DNA of 64,000 bases, taken from Candidatus Peregrinibacteria bacterium (GTDB taxonomy: Bacteria > Patescibacteriota > Gracilibacteria > UBA1369). Shown piece by piece: positions 8,798 through 17,721 of this stretch. The notes beneath the pieces are model-generated. The model was not told where the DNA came from, searched no databases, and saw only the letters and a list, made by a program, of their open reading frames with translations. A program made the translations under genes and the position numbers. How positions within the stretch are numbered: position 1 is the first letter of the stretch; every line of letters begins with the position of its first letter. The DNA lies in the NCBI GenBank assembly GCA_963708185.1, contig OY970195.1, positions 1,280,001-1,344,000 on the forward strand, in the 5' to 3' direction.

Positions 8798-9622
8798 TTA
8801 GAGAGCTTGGAGCCTGGCGCCTTTCAACACTCTGGACCCGTAAATTTCACTGACCTGCCTGCCCACTTCATCTTCGATCATGCGGATTACCTGGGTCGCC
8901 GCCTGGTCGAGGTCATCGTTCCAGATCAGTTCAACTCTTTCGCTGGCGTTCTGAAGTGCGCGAGGGTAACGCTCCCAGGTATTTTTGACATGTTCGATGC
9001 GCTTTTTCTTTTCTTCTTCCGGGGCAGGGCGTCCTTCAATCCCTTCGATGATTTTTTCCGGTGACCGGTTGACGAAGAGAATGACGGGCTGGAGAACATG
9101 CTGGAGCGATTTGCCCAAAAGCTGAATGTCGTCAAACTGCACCAGGGCGTTTTTCAGTTTTTTTCTGGTTTCGGCGGAGAGTCCGTCGAGCGCTTCCTTC
9201 AGTCCGAGAGAGGTGTCGATTTCCCCTCCCACGATAAAGGTGTGTTTACTGGAAAGTTCGTTCAAGAGCGTGGATTTTTCGAATCCGTATCTAGTTCCGC
9301 CGTAGGCACCTTTCTGGTAATCGAAAAAGAATCTTCCCTGTTTTTTATGTTCATCGAACTGGTCGGGCGTCACAAAATGGCCGTGTACCCCGTGGGTCTC
9401 GGTTGGTCTCGGCGGACGGTCGGTGTATCGGGAACGTGAATGAAAAAAATGATGATTGAAATCCGGGGTTGCTCCCATCTTCATGGCGGCGTGCGAAACC
9501 GTATCTTTTCCGGAACCGCTGTACCCCGCGAGAATAATTGGCAAATTCAATGCCTGTGCTTGTTCGTGATGTTGCTGAAGTGATGTTTCTGAGTCGTCGT
9601 ACTGTTGTTCGTTGCTAAGCAT
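8798..9622 (-). CDS. Guanylate-kinase-like P-loop kinase (divergent)
   Basis: P-loop GYSGSGKDT; GMK-type SRYTDRPPRPTETHGVHGHFV; YGGTRYG. Confidence 0.7.
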   Translation of the reverse strand: MLSNEQQYDDSETSLQQHHEQAQALNLPIILAGYSGSGKDTVSHAAMKMGATPDFNHHFFHSRSRYTDRPPRPTETHGVHGHFVTPDQFDEHKKQGRFFFDYQKGAYGGTRYGFEKSTLLNELSSKHTFIVGGEIDTSLGLKEALDGLSAETRKKLKNALVQFDDIQLLGKSLQHVLQPVILFVNRSPEKIIEGIEGRPAPEEEKKKRIEHVKNTWERYPRALQNASERVELIWNDDLDQAATQVIRMIEDEVGRQVSEIYGSRVLKGARLQAL

Positions 9623-9986
9623 GGAGCCAAGTATGATGAAGGTGTTTGCGGAGTTTGAGTAAGTGGTTTGAAGATATTTTTCCCTGGTTGGCTCAACTTT
9701 ATGCGGTGAGAATTTTTATGTCAAACCGGGGCGATTTATAAAAAACCGGCGTTTTTTTGAACTTTTTCCTGAAGATTTTTTGATGGGCTTCGGATGTTTG
9801 AAAATCTTTATTTTAAGCCATTTTTTTGTTCATTTTTTTTGTTTTCCCGGTCCATCGTCGTGTTTTTTCCTGGAAATTATGAATTTTTTTTTATATTTTT
9901 TGGAGGATTTTTAGATTTTTTTTGGTTCAAGAAAAAGTTTGACAAGAGCAGCCTAACATTGTCTTTTAAGTTATTATCTCAGGAGA

Positions 9987-12416
9987 CTATTTTGATCCAC
10001 GGATCGTTCCTCCCAGTTTGCTCAGTTCCGCGATGATTTTTTCCTGGATTTTTTTGGACTCTTCATCGGTGAGGGTTCGGTCGTCCGCCTGGAAAAGGAT
10101 GCTGAAAGCCAGGGCTTTTTTATTTTCAGGAATATTGGGGCCTTCGTAGTTGTCAAAGAGTTTTATCTCCTTGATGAGATGTTTGTCGGCACTCTGGATG
10201 GCTTTGTGCAGGGCTCCGATTTCACGGTTTTTATCGATCAAGACGGAGATGTCGATGGTGATCCCTGGGAATTTGGGAATGGGAAGGTATTTTGTCTCTT
10301 TTGGATCGACCTGCATCAGCTTGGTGAAATTGATTTCGAAGATGCCTATTTTGGCGTTTTCGACGTCGTAGTTTTTTGCAACGAGCGGGTGCAGTTCAAG
10401 GACGCGGGCGATCTCTTCGCCGTCTTTTTTGAGATAGTATCCCGCATAGCGGCTGGGGTGTGCGTAAGTGCAGAGACTTTCGCCTTTGCGCATTTCTAAA
10501 CCCGGGATGCGGAAGACGTCGAGGAATTCTTCAAGAGCCCCCTTGGCTTCGTAGAAAACTTCTCCCCGGCTTTTTTTGTTGCGGACGATGATTCCGCAGA
10601 TTTTCTTTTCTTCCTTGGGGAAATATTCCTGAAGGTCTTCATAGGTGCGGCCCACTTCGAAGATCTTGAAATGGTCGCGATATTTGAGATTGTTGGCGAT
10701 GTTCTTGAGCAGGTTGGGGACAAGGCTGATGCGCAGATGGGTCTGGTCTTCGGAAAGATAGTTGTCGACTTTGATGTGCAGTTCCGGCGGAAGAAGGCAT
10801 TTGCCGATATCTTCCATGCTGTAGAAAGAGTAATTGTACACTTCGTTGTATCCCAGGCCGTAGGCAAGCACTTCGCGGGCAAGGTGTTTTTTGGTGCGGT
10901 CTTTGTTTTCCACAGGAAGCTTGATGGGGAGTTCGGGAAGCAGGGGTTTGATGTTCTCGTAACCGTACATACGTGCGATCTCTTCGACGAGGTCATCCTC
11001 GATGCTGACGTCTTTCGTGGCACGGAAGGAAGGGACCTCGACTTTGAGGCGGTTCTCGGGAAGTTCGGAAGCCTTGAAATCAAGCCGGTCTAAAATCTCA
11101 ACGACCTTTTTTACGGGAATTTCCACGCCGATCTTGGAGAAGACGCGTGCAAGGTTCACCTGGACGGTGATATTTTTGTCTTTGAAGTTTTTGACATCGG
11201 TCGCCGGTGCTGCGATTTTGGCGTCCGGGCAGATTTTCAGGATGAGTTCGCAGGCACGTTCGGCAGCCTGAAGGGCAAGGTGCGGATCGAGCGATTTTTC
11301 GAAACGTTGGACGGCTTCGGTGCGCAGGTTCAGTTTGACTGAGGTCTTGCGCACGGATGAAGGATGGAAGGTGGCTGCTTCAAGGAGGATTTCCGTTGTG
11401 TTGTCGTCGATTTCGGAGTTGTTTCCGCCCATGACTCCGGCAATGGCCACCGCTTTCTTGTGGTCGGCGATGACGAGCATGTCCTTGCCGAGTTTTCTTT
11501 CGGCGCCGTCCAGCGTGGTGATGGTTTCACCGTCTTTGGCGTGGCGGACGACGATGCCTTTGTCGAGTTTTGTCACGTCAAATGCGTGGAGCGGCTGGCC
11601 AAGTTCGGCCATGACGTAGTTGGTGACGTCGACGATGTTATTGATCGGCCGGTAACCGGCCGCTTCAAGCCGTTTTTGCACCCACGCCGGGGAAGGTTCT
11701 ATCTTGACCCCTTCGATACGCACACCGATGTAGCGGGGACACAGGTCGGGATCTTTGACTTCAACAGGATACGAATCTCCCTTGGCCGGGAATTTTATCG
11801 ATGGCTTTAAAGGCTTGAGTTTTTGGCCGGTGATAGCCGCGACTTCGCGGGCGATGCCGTAATGACCCCATAAATCCGGACGATGGGTGAGCGATTTATT
11901 GTCCACGGTCAGAATGACGTCGTTTTTTTCGAGAAGTTCGGCCAGGGGCATTCCCGTGGCGGGTTTGAGCGGCGTCAGGTCGAGAATGGCACGTTCGCCG
12001 GCAGCAGGATCCTGTTCCACCCCGATCTCTTCCCCGGCGCAGATCATGCCGAAACTTTCAACGCCGCGTATTTTGGCCTCCTTCATTTCCACGAGATCTC
12101 CTTCACCGTGCCATTTCACTTTGGCTCCGAGCATGGCGACGGCGACATACTCACCTTCGTAAAGATTGCTGCCTCCGCACACGATCTGCAGGGTTTCTTT
12201 GCCCACGCTGGTTTTGGTGACTTTGAGCTTGTCGGCGTCCGGGTGGGGATGGATTTCCTGGATCTGTCCCACGACGATCTTGTCGAAGCTTTGGGCCTGA
12301 TTTTCGACGCCTTCGACTTCGGCGGTGCGGATGGTAAAAAGCGTAGCGAGTTTTTTGGCATCCATGCCTTCGGGAATGTCGACGAATTCACGGAGCCAGT
12401 TAAGCGAGATTTTCAT
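9987..12416 (-). CDS. pheT: Phenylalanine--tRNA ligase beta subunit
   Basis: MKISLNWL, HPDADKL, QIVCG, RGVESxGM, GQPLHAFD, RFEK, DLVEEIARMYGY and C-terminal FDX-ACB (DRTLTDEE). Confidence 0.97.
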   Translation of the reverse strand: MKISLNWLREFVDIPEGMDAKKLATLFTIRTAEVEGVENQAQSFDKIVVGQIQEIHPHPDADKLKVTKTSVGKETLQIVCGGSNLYEGEYVAVAMLGAKVKWHGEGDLVEMKEAKIRGVESFGMICAGEEIGVEQDPAAGERAILDLTPLKPATGMPLAELLEKNDVILTVDNKSLTHRPDLWGHYGIAREVAAITGQKLKPLKPSIKFPAKGDSYPVEVKDPDLCPRYIGVRIEGVKIEPSPAWVQKRLEAAGYRPINNIVDVTNYVMAELGQPLHAFDVTKLDKGIVVRHAKDGETITTLDGAERKLGKDMLVIADHKKAVAIAGVMGGNNSEIDDNTTEILLEAATFHPSSVRKTSVKLNLRTEAVQRFEKSLDPHLALQAAERACELILKICPDAKIAAPATDVKNFKDKNITVQVNLARVFSKIGVEIPVKKVVEILDRLDFKASELPENRLKVEVPSFRATKDVSIEDDLVEEIARMYGYENIKPLLPELPIKLPVENKDRTKKHLAREVLAYGLGYNEVYNYSFYSMEDIGKCLLPPELHIKVDNYLSEDQTHLRISLVPNLLKNIANNLKYRDHFKIFEVGRTYEDLQEYFPKEEKKICGIIVRNKKSRGEVFYEAKGALEEFLDVFRIPGLEMRKGESLCTYAHPSRYAGYYLKKDGEEIARVLELHPLVAKNYDVENAKIGIFEINFTKLMQVDPKETKYLPIPKFPGITIDISVLIDKNREIGALHKAIQSADKHLIKEIKLFDNYEGPNIPENKKALAFSILFQADDRTLTDEESKKIQEKIIAELSKLGGTIRGSK

Positions 12417-12438
12417 CTTCGATAAGGTTTTAGTTTCT

Positions 12439-12714
12439 TCAGGAAGTTTTTTTCTTGGGCTGCGGGCGGTATTTATACGCCAGCAGGATCAAAATGAAAT
12501 TTTCAAGAATGAAGAGAATGAAAAGCGACGTAAAAATGAAATCGTTCTGCGAAATCGCATAGATCACGGAGCAGATGTCTCCGGTGGTGATGACGAGCCA
12601 CATGATGATGCTGATGTCTTCTCCTTTTTTGGTTTTGAGGATCTTCAGGTATTGCGGGATGTAGGCGCCGACCAGGAGGATGTTTGCGACGATGCCGAAA
12701 ATTTGCATGTTCAT
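12439..12714 (-). CDS. PQ-loop/SemiSWEET-family small membrane protein
   Basis: 91 aa, 3 TM segments, YIPQYLKILKTKKGEDIS motif. Confidence 0.75.
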   Translation of the reverse strand: MNMQIFGIVANILLVGAYIPQYLKILKTKKGEDISIIMWLVITTGDICSVIYAISQNDFIFTSLFILFILENFILILLAYKYRPQPKKKTS

Positions 12715-12716
12715 AA

Positions 12717-13757
12717 TCAGAATTGTTGAGTGAATCGGAGGTCTCCGGATTGGAGGAGGCGGATGTCGTCAATGCCGTAGCGCATCATGACCAGGCGGGT
12801 TAACCCGAAGCCGAAAGCCCATCCCTGGTATTGCGAAGGATCGATCCCTCCGGCCTTGAGGACGTTGGGGTGGACCATGCCGGCGCCCATGAATTCGACC
12901 CAGCCGGTGTGCTTACACACGCTGCAGCCTTTTTCGTTGCAGATCAAGCAGGAAAAGTCGAGTTCGAGGCCCGGTTCAACGAAAGGAAAATAGCCCGGCC
13001 GGAAGCGCACTTTGACTTCCTTGCCGAAAAGGCGGGTTAAAAATTCGGCCATGACGCCTTTGAGGTGGGCGAGTGAAATGTTTTTGTCCACGACAAGTCC
13101 TTCAACCTGGTAAAAAGTGGTGTCGTGCGATGCGTCAGTGGCTTCGTAACGGAAGACGCGGCCCGGGACGATGACGCGCAGCGGCGCTCCGTATTTTTCC
13201 ATGGTGCGGACCTGGACCGGCGACGTGTGCGTGCGCAGGACAAGCCTTCCATGTTTGGGTTCGCTTTTGTCTTTCAGAAAGAAAGTGTCCTGCATGTCAC
13301 GCGCGGGGTGATCTGCCGGGATGTTGAGTCCTTCGAAATTGTAATATTCGGATTCGACTTCCGGTCCGTCCATGACGGCAAACCCCATGTCGCCGAAAAT
13401 TTGTTCCGCTTCGAGCTGGACCTGTGAGAGGGGATGAATGTGTCCAATCTCATGTTCAGTTCCCGGGGCGGTGATGTCGAAAAACTCACCGGAAAGTTTT
13501 TTGGCGATCTCTTCAGCATCGAGCTGTGACTGTTTTGCCTTGATTTTGGCTTCGAGGTCGAGCTTGATACTGTTGGTTTTCGGACCGATGATGCGTTTTT
13601 CATCGTTGCTGAGGTCCTTGAGCCCCTTGAGCAGTGTTGTCAGCTCTCCTTTGCGACCGAGGTATTTCACGTCGATGGCCTTCAGGTCGTCCAGGGTGAC
13701 GGCGTTTTGGATCTCCCCAAGCGCGGTTTGATGAATTTTTTCAAGCAGTTCCTTCAT
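12717..13757 (-). CDS. pheS: Phenylalanine--tRNA ligase alpha subunit
   Basis: HPARDMQDTF, LRTHTSPVQ, FRPGYFPFVEP, GAGMVHP, GWAFGFG, GIDDIR. Start at ATG 13757. Confidence 0.97.
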   Translation of the reverse strand: MKELLEKIHQTALGEIQNAVTLDDLKAIDVKYLGRKGELTTLLKGLKDLSNDEKRIIGPKTNSIKLDLEAKIKAKQSQLDAEEIAKKLSGEFFDITAPGTEHEIGHIHPLSQVQLEAEQIFGDMGFAVMDGPEVESEYYNFEGLNIPADHPARDMQDTFFLKDKSEPKHGRLVLRTHTSPVQVRTMEKYGAPLRVIVPGRVFRYEATDASHDTTFYQVEGLVVDKNISLAHLKGVMAEFLTRLFGKEVKVRFRPGYFPFVEPGLELDFSCLICNEKGCSVCKHTGWVEFMGAGMVHPNVLKAGGIDPSQYQGWAFGFGLTRLVMMRYGIDDIRLLQSGDLRFTQQF

Positions 13758-13825
13758 GAGCAATACTTTAGTGTTTTGAAAGGGCTTTGGCAAGCTTGAA
13801 ACCTTATGTCTGGACGCTCTTTTAC

Positions 13826-13858
13826 AAAAAAAGCCCCGCTTTGACGGCGGGGCTTTTT
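13826..13858. terminator. Intrinsic terminator (bidirectional)
   Basis: AAAAAAAGCCCCGC-TTTGACG-GCGGGGCTTTTT. Confidence 0.8.
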
Positions 13859-13882
13859 CCTTTTATCAATTTTCGAGCGCGG

Positions 13883-14035
13883 TTATTTTTTTGAGGGAAG
13901 AATTTTATACATTCCCGTACCGCATTTTGAACATTTGCCTTTCATGGCGCGGCGACCTTTTTTACCAAAAGCAACTTCCTGTGCTCCTGGGGCAAAATCG
14001 CGCTTTGCCTTACATTTTACGCAGTAGCCTGTCAT
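13883..14035 (-). CDS. 50-aa basic zinc-ribbon protein (DUF5679-like), absent from ORF track
   Basis: Manual translation: MTGYCVKCKAKRDFAPGAQEVAFGKKGRRAMKGKCSKCGTGMYKILPSKK*. Two CxxC pairs; upstream TATAAT; downstream terminator. Confidence 0.85.
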   Translation of the reverse strand: MTGYCVKCKAKRDFAPGAQEVAFGKKGRRAMKGKCSKCGTGMYKILPSKK

Positions 14036-14144
14036 AGTGAGAGGGTTATGAATTAGGGCCTTTCCTTTGATTATAGCCTATTTTGCTGTAAAAGGCTAGC
14101 TGGTGAGGGGTTATAAAACCGAATTTCCCTCAGAAGCATAACAA

Positions 14145-14172
14145 AAAACCCCTCATTTTATGGAGGGGTTTT
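14145..14172 (-). terminator. Intrinsic terminator of the HU gene
   Basis: AAAACCCCTC-8 nt-GAGGGGTTTT with a T-run on the minus strand. Confidence 0.7.
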
Positions 14173-14223
14173 CGGTATCAAGTAGATGTTCAATCCTCCT
14201 TGTGGAGGGTTCGCGGAAGCGAA

Positions 14224-14499
14224 CTAGCGAACAGCATCCTTAAGAGATTTGCCAGCCTTGAAAGCAGGAAGCTTCATAGCCGGGATCTTGATCTTCTGGC
14301 TTGGGTTGCGTGGGTTGACACCGGTGCGGGCAGCGCGCTTTGAAACGCGGAATGTTCCGAAACCGGTAACGGTTACGCTTTCACCCTTTTTGAGAGACTT
14401 CGTGATGCTCTCGAGCATTGCATCGAGAACCTCGGAAGCAGCCTTTTTTGTAACGCCAGCAGAATTTGCAGCAGCGTTGACGAGATCTTGTTTGGTCAT
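14224..14499 (-). CDS. hup: DNA-binding protein HU
   Basis: MTKQDL...GFGTF...RAARTGVNPRNP...IKIPA...PAFKAGKSLKDAV. Confidence 0.96.
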   Translation of the reverse strand: MTKQDLVNAAANSAGVTKKAASEVLDAMLESITKSLKKGESVTVTGFGTFRVSKRAARTGVNPRNPSQKIKIPAMKLPAFKAGKSLKDAVR

Positions 14500-14924
14500 T
14501 GCTTTATTGGTTAAGAAATAATGTGAGACCGTGTGCATTATATGACCCCAGGAATGAAAAGCAAGATATTCTGCATGAACTAGCGCTTTTTTTGCTTGAC
14601 CGTTTTTTTTAATAATTTCCTAATTATCATTTTTTGGCTTCTATATAAGGTATATTTGAGTTTTTTCAGATTAAAGTCGGCCATTTTACCCTTGCACATA
14701 CTAAAATCAAGCTTTTTTTTGTTTTTTTATTCTTATTTATTGACGGGAGAATCAAATATTTTGGCGATTACGTCGCCTTTTTTCGGTATGGAGGAACGTT
14801 TTGTGTCCTTTTACTCTCTCCTTATATATAAGGAGAGAGTATTCCGTCCCGGGTTTATAAACCTTTGACTGATGGCTACAAATGCCTCATACTCTGTAGA
14901 CGTAACTTCATTCATTGCAAATTC

Positions 14925-17180
14925 ATGGCAGAAAGTTTGGTCATTGTAGAGTCCCCCGCGAAGGCGAAAACGATCTCGAAAATCCTCGGGAAAAATTATG
15001 TGGTCCGGGCATCCATGGGTCACGTTTGTGATCTTCCGAAGTCAAAGATGGGTATCGATGTCGAACATGATTTTGAGCCAACCTATATTGTTCCCATGGA
15101 TAAAAAAAAGGTGGTCAAAGAACTGAAAGGGTTTTTGAAAAAAGATACCAAGCTTTACCTGGCGACTGATGAAGACCGTGAAGGAGAGTCCATCAGCTGG
15201 CATTTATTGAACGCGTTGGACGTGAATCCGAAAAAAAGAGAGGTGCACCGTATCGTGTTCCATGAAATTACCGACGGTGCCATCAAGAACGCCATCAAGC
15301 ATCCGAGGGATATTGATCAGGCTCTTGTGGATGCCCAGCAGGCCCGCCGCATTCTGGACCGTCTGGTCGGGTATGAACTCTCGCCGCTTTTGTGGAAGAA
15401 AATACGTTATGGGCTTTCGGCGGGCCGTGTGCAGAGCGTCGCCGTTCGTCTGATCGTGGAACGTGAACGTGAAATCCGTGCTTTCAAGCCCGAAGAGTAC
15501 TGGTCGATCGACGCGGAATTCCTCAAAGGAAAAGAGGCTTTCCAGGCGGAACTGGTGAAGTTCAAAGGCAAAGAGCTCAAAATCGGCAAGAAAGGAGAAG
15601 CAGACAAGGTCTTGAAAGATCTCAGCGGTGCGGATTACGAAGTGACGAAAGTTGAAGAAAAGGATGTCAAACGTTCACCGGCACCTCCCTTTACGACGTC
15701 CACGCTTCAGCAGGAAGCTTCACGCAAACTCGGGTTCAGCGTGAAGAGAACAATGACGATTGCGCAGCAACTGTATGAAGGTGTTGAACACCATAAAGGG
15801 TCGCACGGTCTTATCACCTACATGCGTACCGACTCGGTAAATCTTTCCGAAGTCGCCCTGAAACAGGCCAAAGAGGTCATCGCCAAGGAGTTCGGTAAAG
15901 AGTACGCGTTGGCCGCTCCGCGTTATTACAAAGGAAGAAAAGGCGCCCAGGAAGCACATGAAGCCATCCGTCCGGTGGACATTTCCATCATGCCGGAGGA
16001 CGTGAAATCCTATCTCGACAAGGATCAGTTCAGACTTTACGAACTTGTCTGGAAGCGCATGGTCGCGAGCCAGATGCAGGAAGCGAGGATCAAAGCGCTC
16101 GGCGTGGATATCACTCCCATAAAGTCGGGCAAGCCTTTGGATTATACTTTCCGCGCTACCGGCCAGACGATCGAATTTCCGGGTTTCATGAGGGCTTACG
16201 TCGAGGACTTCGACCATCCGGAAGAAAGCCTGCAGAACCAGGAAAAGTTTTTGCCGGATCTCAAAGAGAAGGACGATGTCGATCTCAAGGAGCTCAACCC
16301 GAATCAACATTTTACCAAACCGCCCGCCCGTTACACCGAAGCCAGTCTCGTGAAAAAAATGGAATCGGAGGGGATCGGTCGTCCGTCAACGTATGCGCCG
16401 ACGATCACGACGATCATGGCTCGCGGTTATGTGGAAAAGGAGAACAAACAGTTAAAGCCGACCGACCTCGCGGAGGTCGTGACGGACATGCTCGTGAAGA
16501 ATTTTCCTGACATTGTGGACTACAAGTTCACTGCAGAAATGGAAGAGTCTTTGGATGACATTGCCGACGGCAAAAAGAAATGGATTCCGGTGATCCGCGC
16601 TTTCTACGAACCATTCCATAAAACTATTGAATTGAAACAAGAAACTCTCAAAAAAGAAGACATCGTCAACCTGGAAAAAACCGATGAAATTTGCGAAAAA
16701 TGCGGCAGTCCCATGATCGTGAAACTGGGAAGATTCGGCAAGTTCCTGTCATGTTCGAACTATCCGAAATGCAAGAACGCCAAGCCGATGGCCAACGGGA
16801 AAGTCGTGGAGAAAACCCCCGAAGAGCTCCAGCTTGAAAAGAAACTCAGCGGCAAGAAATGTGAAAAATGCGGCAAGCCCATGGAGATCAAGCATGGAAG
16901 GTTCGGTGAATTTCTCGGTTGTTCAGGATATCCTGAATGTAAGAACATTCAGCCGATCGTGAAGCCCACCGGTGTGAAATGTCCCGAATGTAAGGAAGGT
17001 CAGTTGATTGAAAGACATACCCGTAAGGGCGGCAAACTGTTCTTCGGTTGCAACCGGTTCCCGAAATGTAAATTCGCGACCTGGGACAAGCCCACCGGCG
17101 ATCTCTGCAAGAAATGCGGCGGCCTCATGGTCATGAAAAAAGACAAGGAGGTCTGCCACAGCTGCGGAGAGGAGAAATAA
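14925..17180 (+). CDS. topA: DNA topoisomerase I with C-terminal zinc ribbons
   Basis: LVIVESPAKAKTI, ATDEDREGE, SAGRVQS, LITYMRTDS (catalytic Tyr), AQEAHEAIRP, GIGRPSTYA, repeated C4 motifs. Confidence 0.97.
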   Translation: MAESLVIVESPAKAKTISKILGKNYVVRASMGHVCDLPKSKMGIDVEHDFEPTYIVPMDKKKVVKELKGFLKKDTKLYLATDEDREGESISWHLLNALDVNPKKREVHRIVFHEITDGAIKNAIKHPRDIDQALVDAQQARRILDRLVGYELSPLLWKKIRYGLSAGRVQSVAVRLIVEREREIRAFKPEEYWSIDAEFLKGKEAFQAELVKFKGKELKIGKKGEADKVLKDLSGADYEVTKVEEKDVKRSPAPPFTTSTLQQEASRKLGFSVKRTMTIAQQLYEGVEHHKGSHGLITYMRTDSVNLSEVALKQAKEVIAKEFGKEYALAAPRYYKGRKGAQEAHEAIRPVDISIMPEDVKSYLDKDQFRLYELVWKRMVASQMQEARIKALGVDITPIKSGKPLDYTFRATGQTIEFPGFMRAYVEDFDHPEESLQNQEKFLPDLKEKDDVDLKELNPNQHFTKPPARYTEASLVKKMESEGIGRPSTYAPTITTIMARGYVEKENKQLKPTDLAEVVTDMLVKNFPDIVDYKFTAEMEESLDDIADGKKKWIPVIRAFYEPFHKTIELKQETLKKEDIVNLEKTDEICEKCGSPMIVKLGRFGKFLSCSNYPKCKNAKPMANGKVVEKTPEELQLEKKLSGKKCEKCGKPMEIKHGRFGEFLGCSGYPECKNIQPIVKPTGVKCPECKEGQLIERHTRKGGKLFFGCNRFPKCKFATWDKPTGDLCKKCGGLMVMKKDKEVCHSCGEEK

Positions 17181-17181
17181 T

Positions 17182-17535
17182 TTATCTGTTTTGTGATATG
17201 CCTTCTCCTTCCACGCAGGTGACGGACATAGTTCCGCCGTACTGGTTCAGCGTGATGGCATCTTCGATGATCTGGTTGTGTTGGTAGTCCGAACAGGAAC
17301 TTATGGATGGCTGGGTGATTGCACATCCCGTTTCAGTCTGTACGCACGTGATGACAGCTTCACGATTGAGTTTGCAGAACTGTGCGACTTCTTCGCTGTT
17401 GCGCATGACTGCTCCGCCCGGATTGAGCGAATCAATCGAACAGTTGTCGCTTTCGGGAGAAACAAAACATCCTTGCTGCGATACCAGTAAGGCGCTCGAT
17501 AAGGCTGCGGCCTTTATGGTTTGGGAAAGTTTCAT
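17182..17535 (-). CDS. Hypothetical Cys-rich lipoprotein
   Basis: Signal-like N-terminus ending ...SQQGC; 7 Cys; TTGACA-containing promoter upstream at about 17565-17592. Confidence 0.55.
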   Translation of the reverse strand: MKLSQTIKAAALSSALLVSQQGCFVSPESDNCSIDSLNPGGAVMRNSEEVAQFCKLNREAVITCVQTETGCAITQPSISSCSDYQHNQIIEDAITLNQYGGTMSVTCVEGEGISQNR

Positions 17536-17721
17536 ATATTGAGCTGTTTGTGATAGGTGGTTAAATTAACATAAATTTATATATTTGTCAATATTTCTGT
17601 GAGCTTGAGGGACGAGGTGGGAATTTGAAGGCTTTTCCCCAAGAAAATGCTCGACGGAGCGTTGAGTTTTATGGTAAAAAGTGGTAAAATATATAGATAA
17701 ATTTTACTAAAACAAAACGTT

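Noticed and set aside
9623-9986. T-rich 360-bp intergenic region as a replication origin or ncRNA; the 80-aa Phe-rich ORF at 9794-10036
   Set aside because: No clustered DnaA boxes or stable structure seen; the ORF is a poly-T artefact.
14540-14924. AT-rich region between hup and topA as oriC or a small gene
   Set aside because: No DnaA-box cluster seen; adequately explained as a divergent promoter region.
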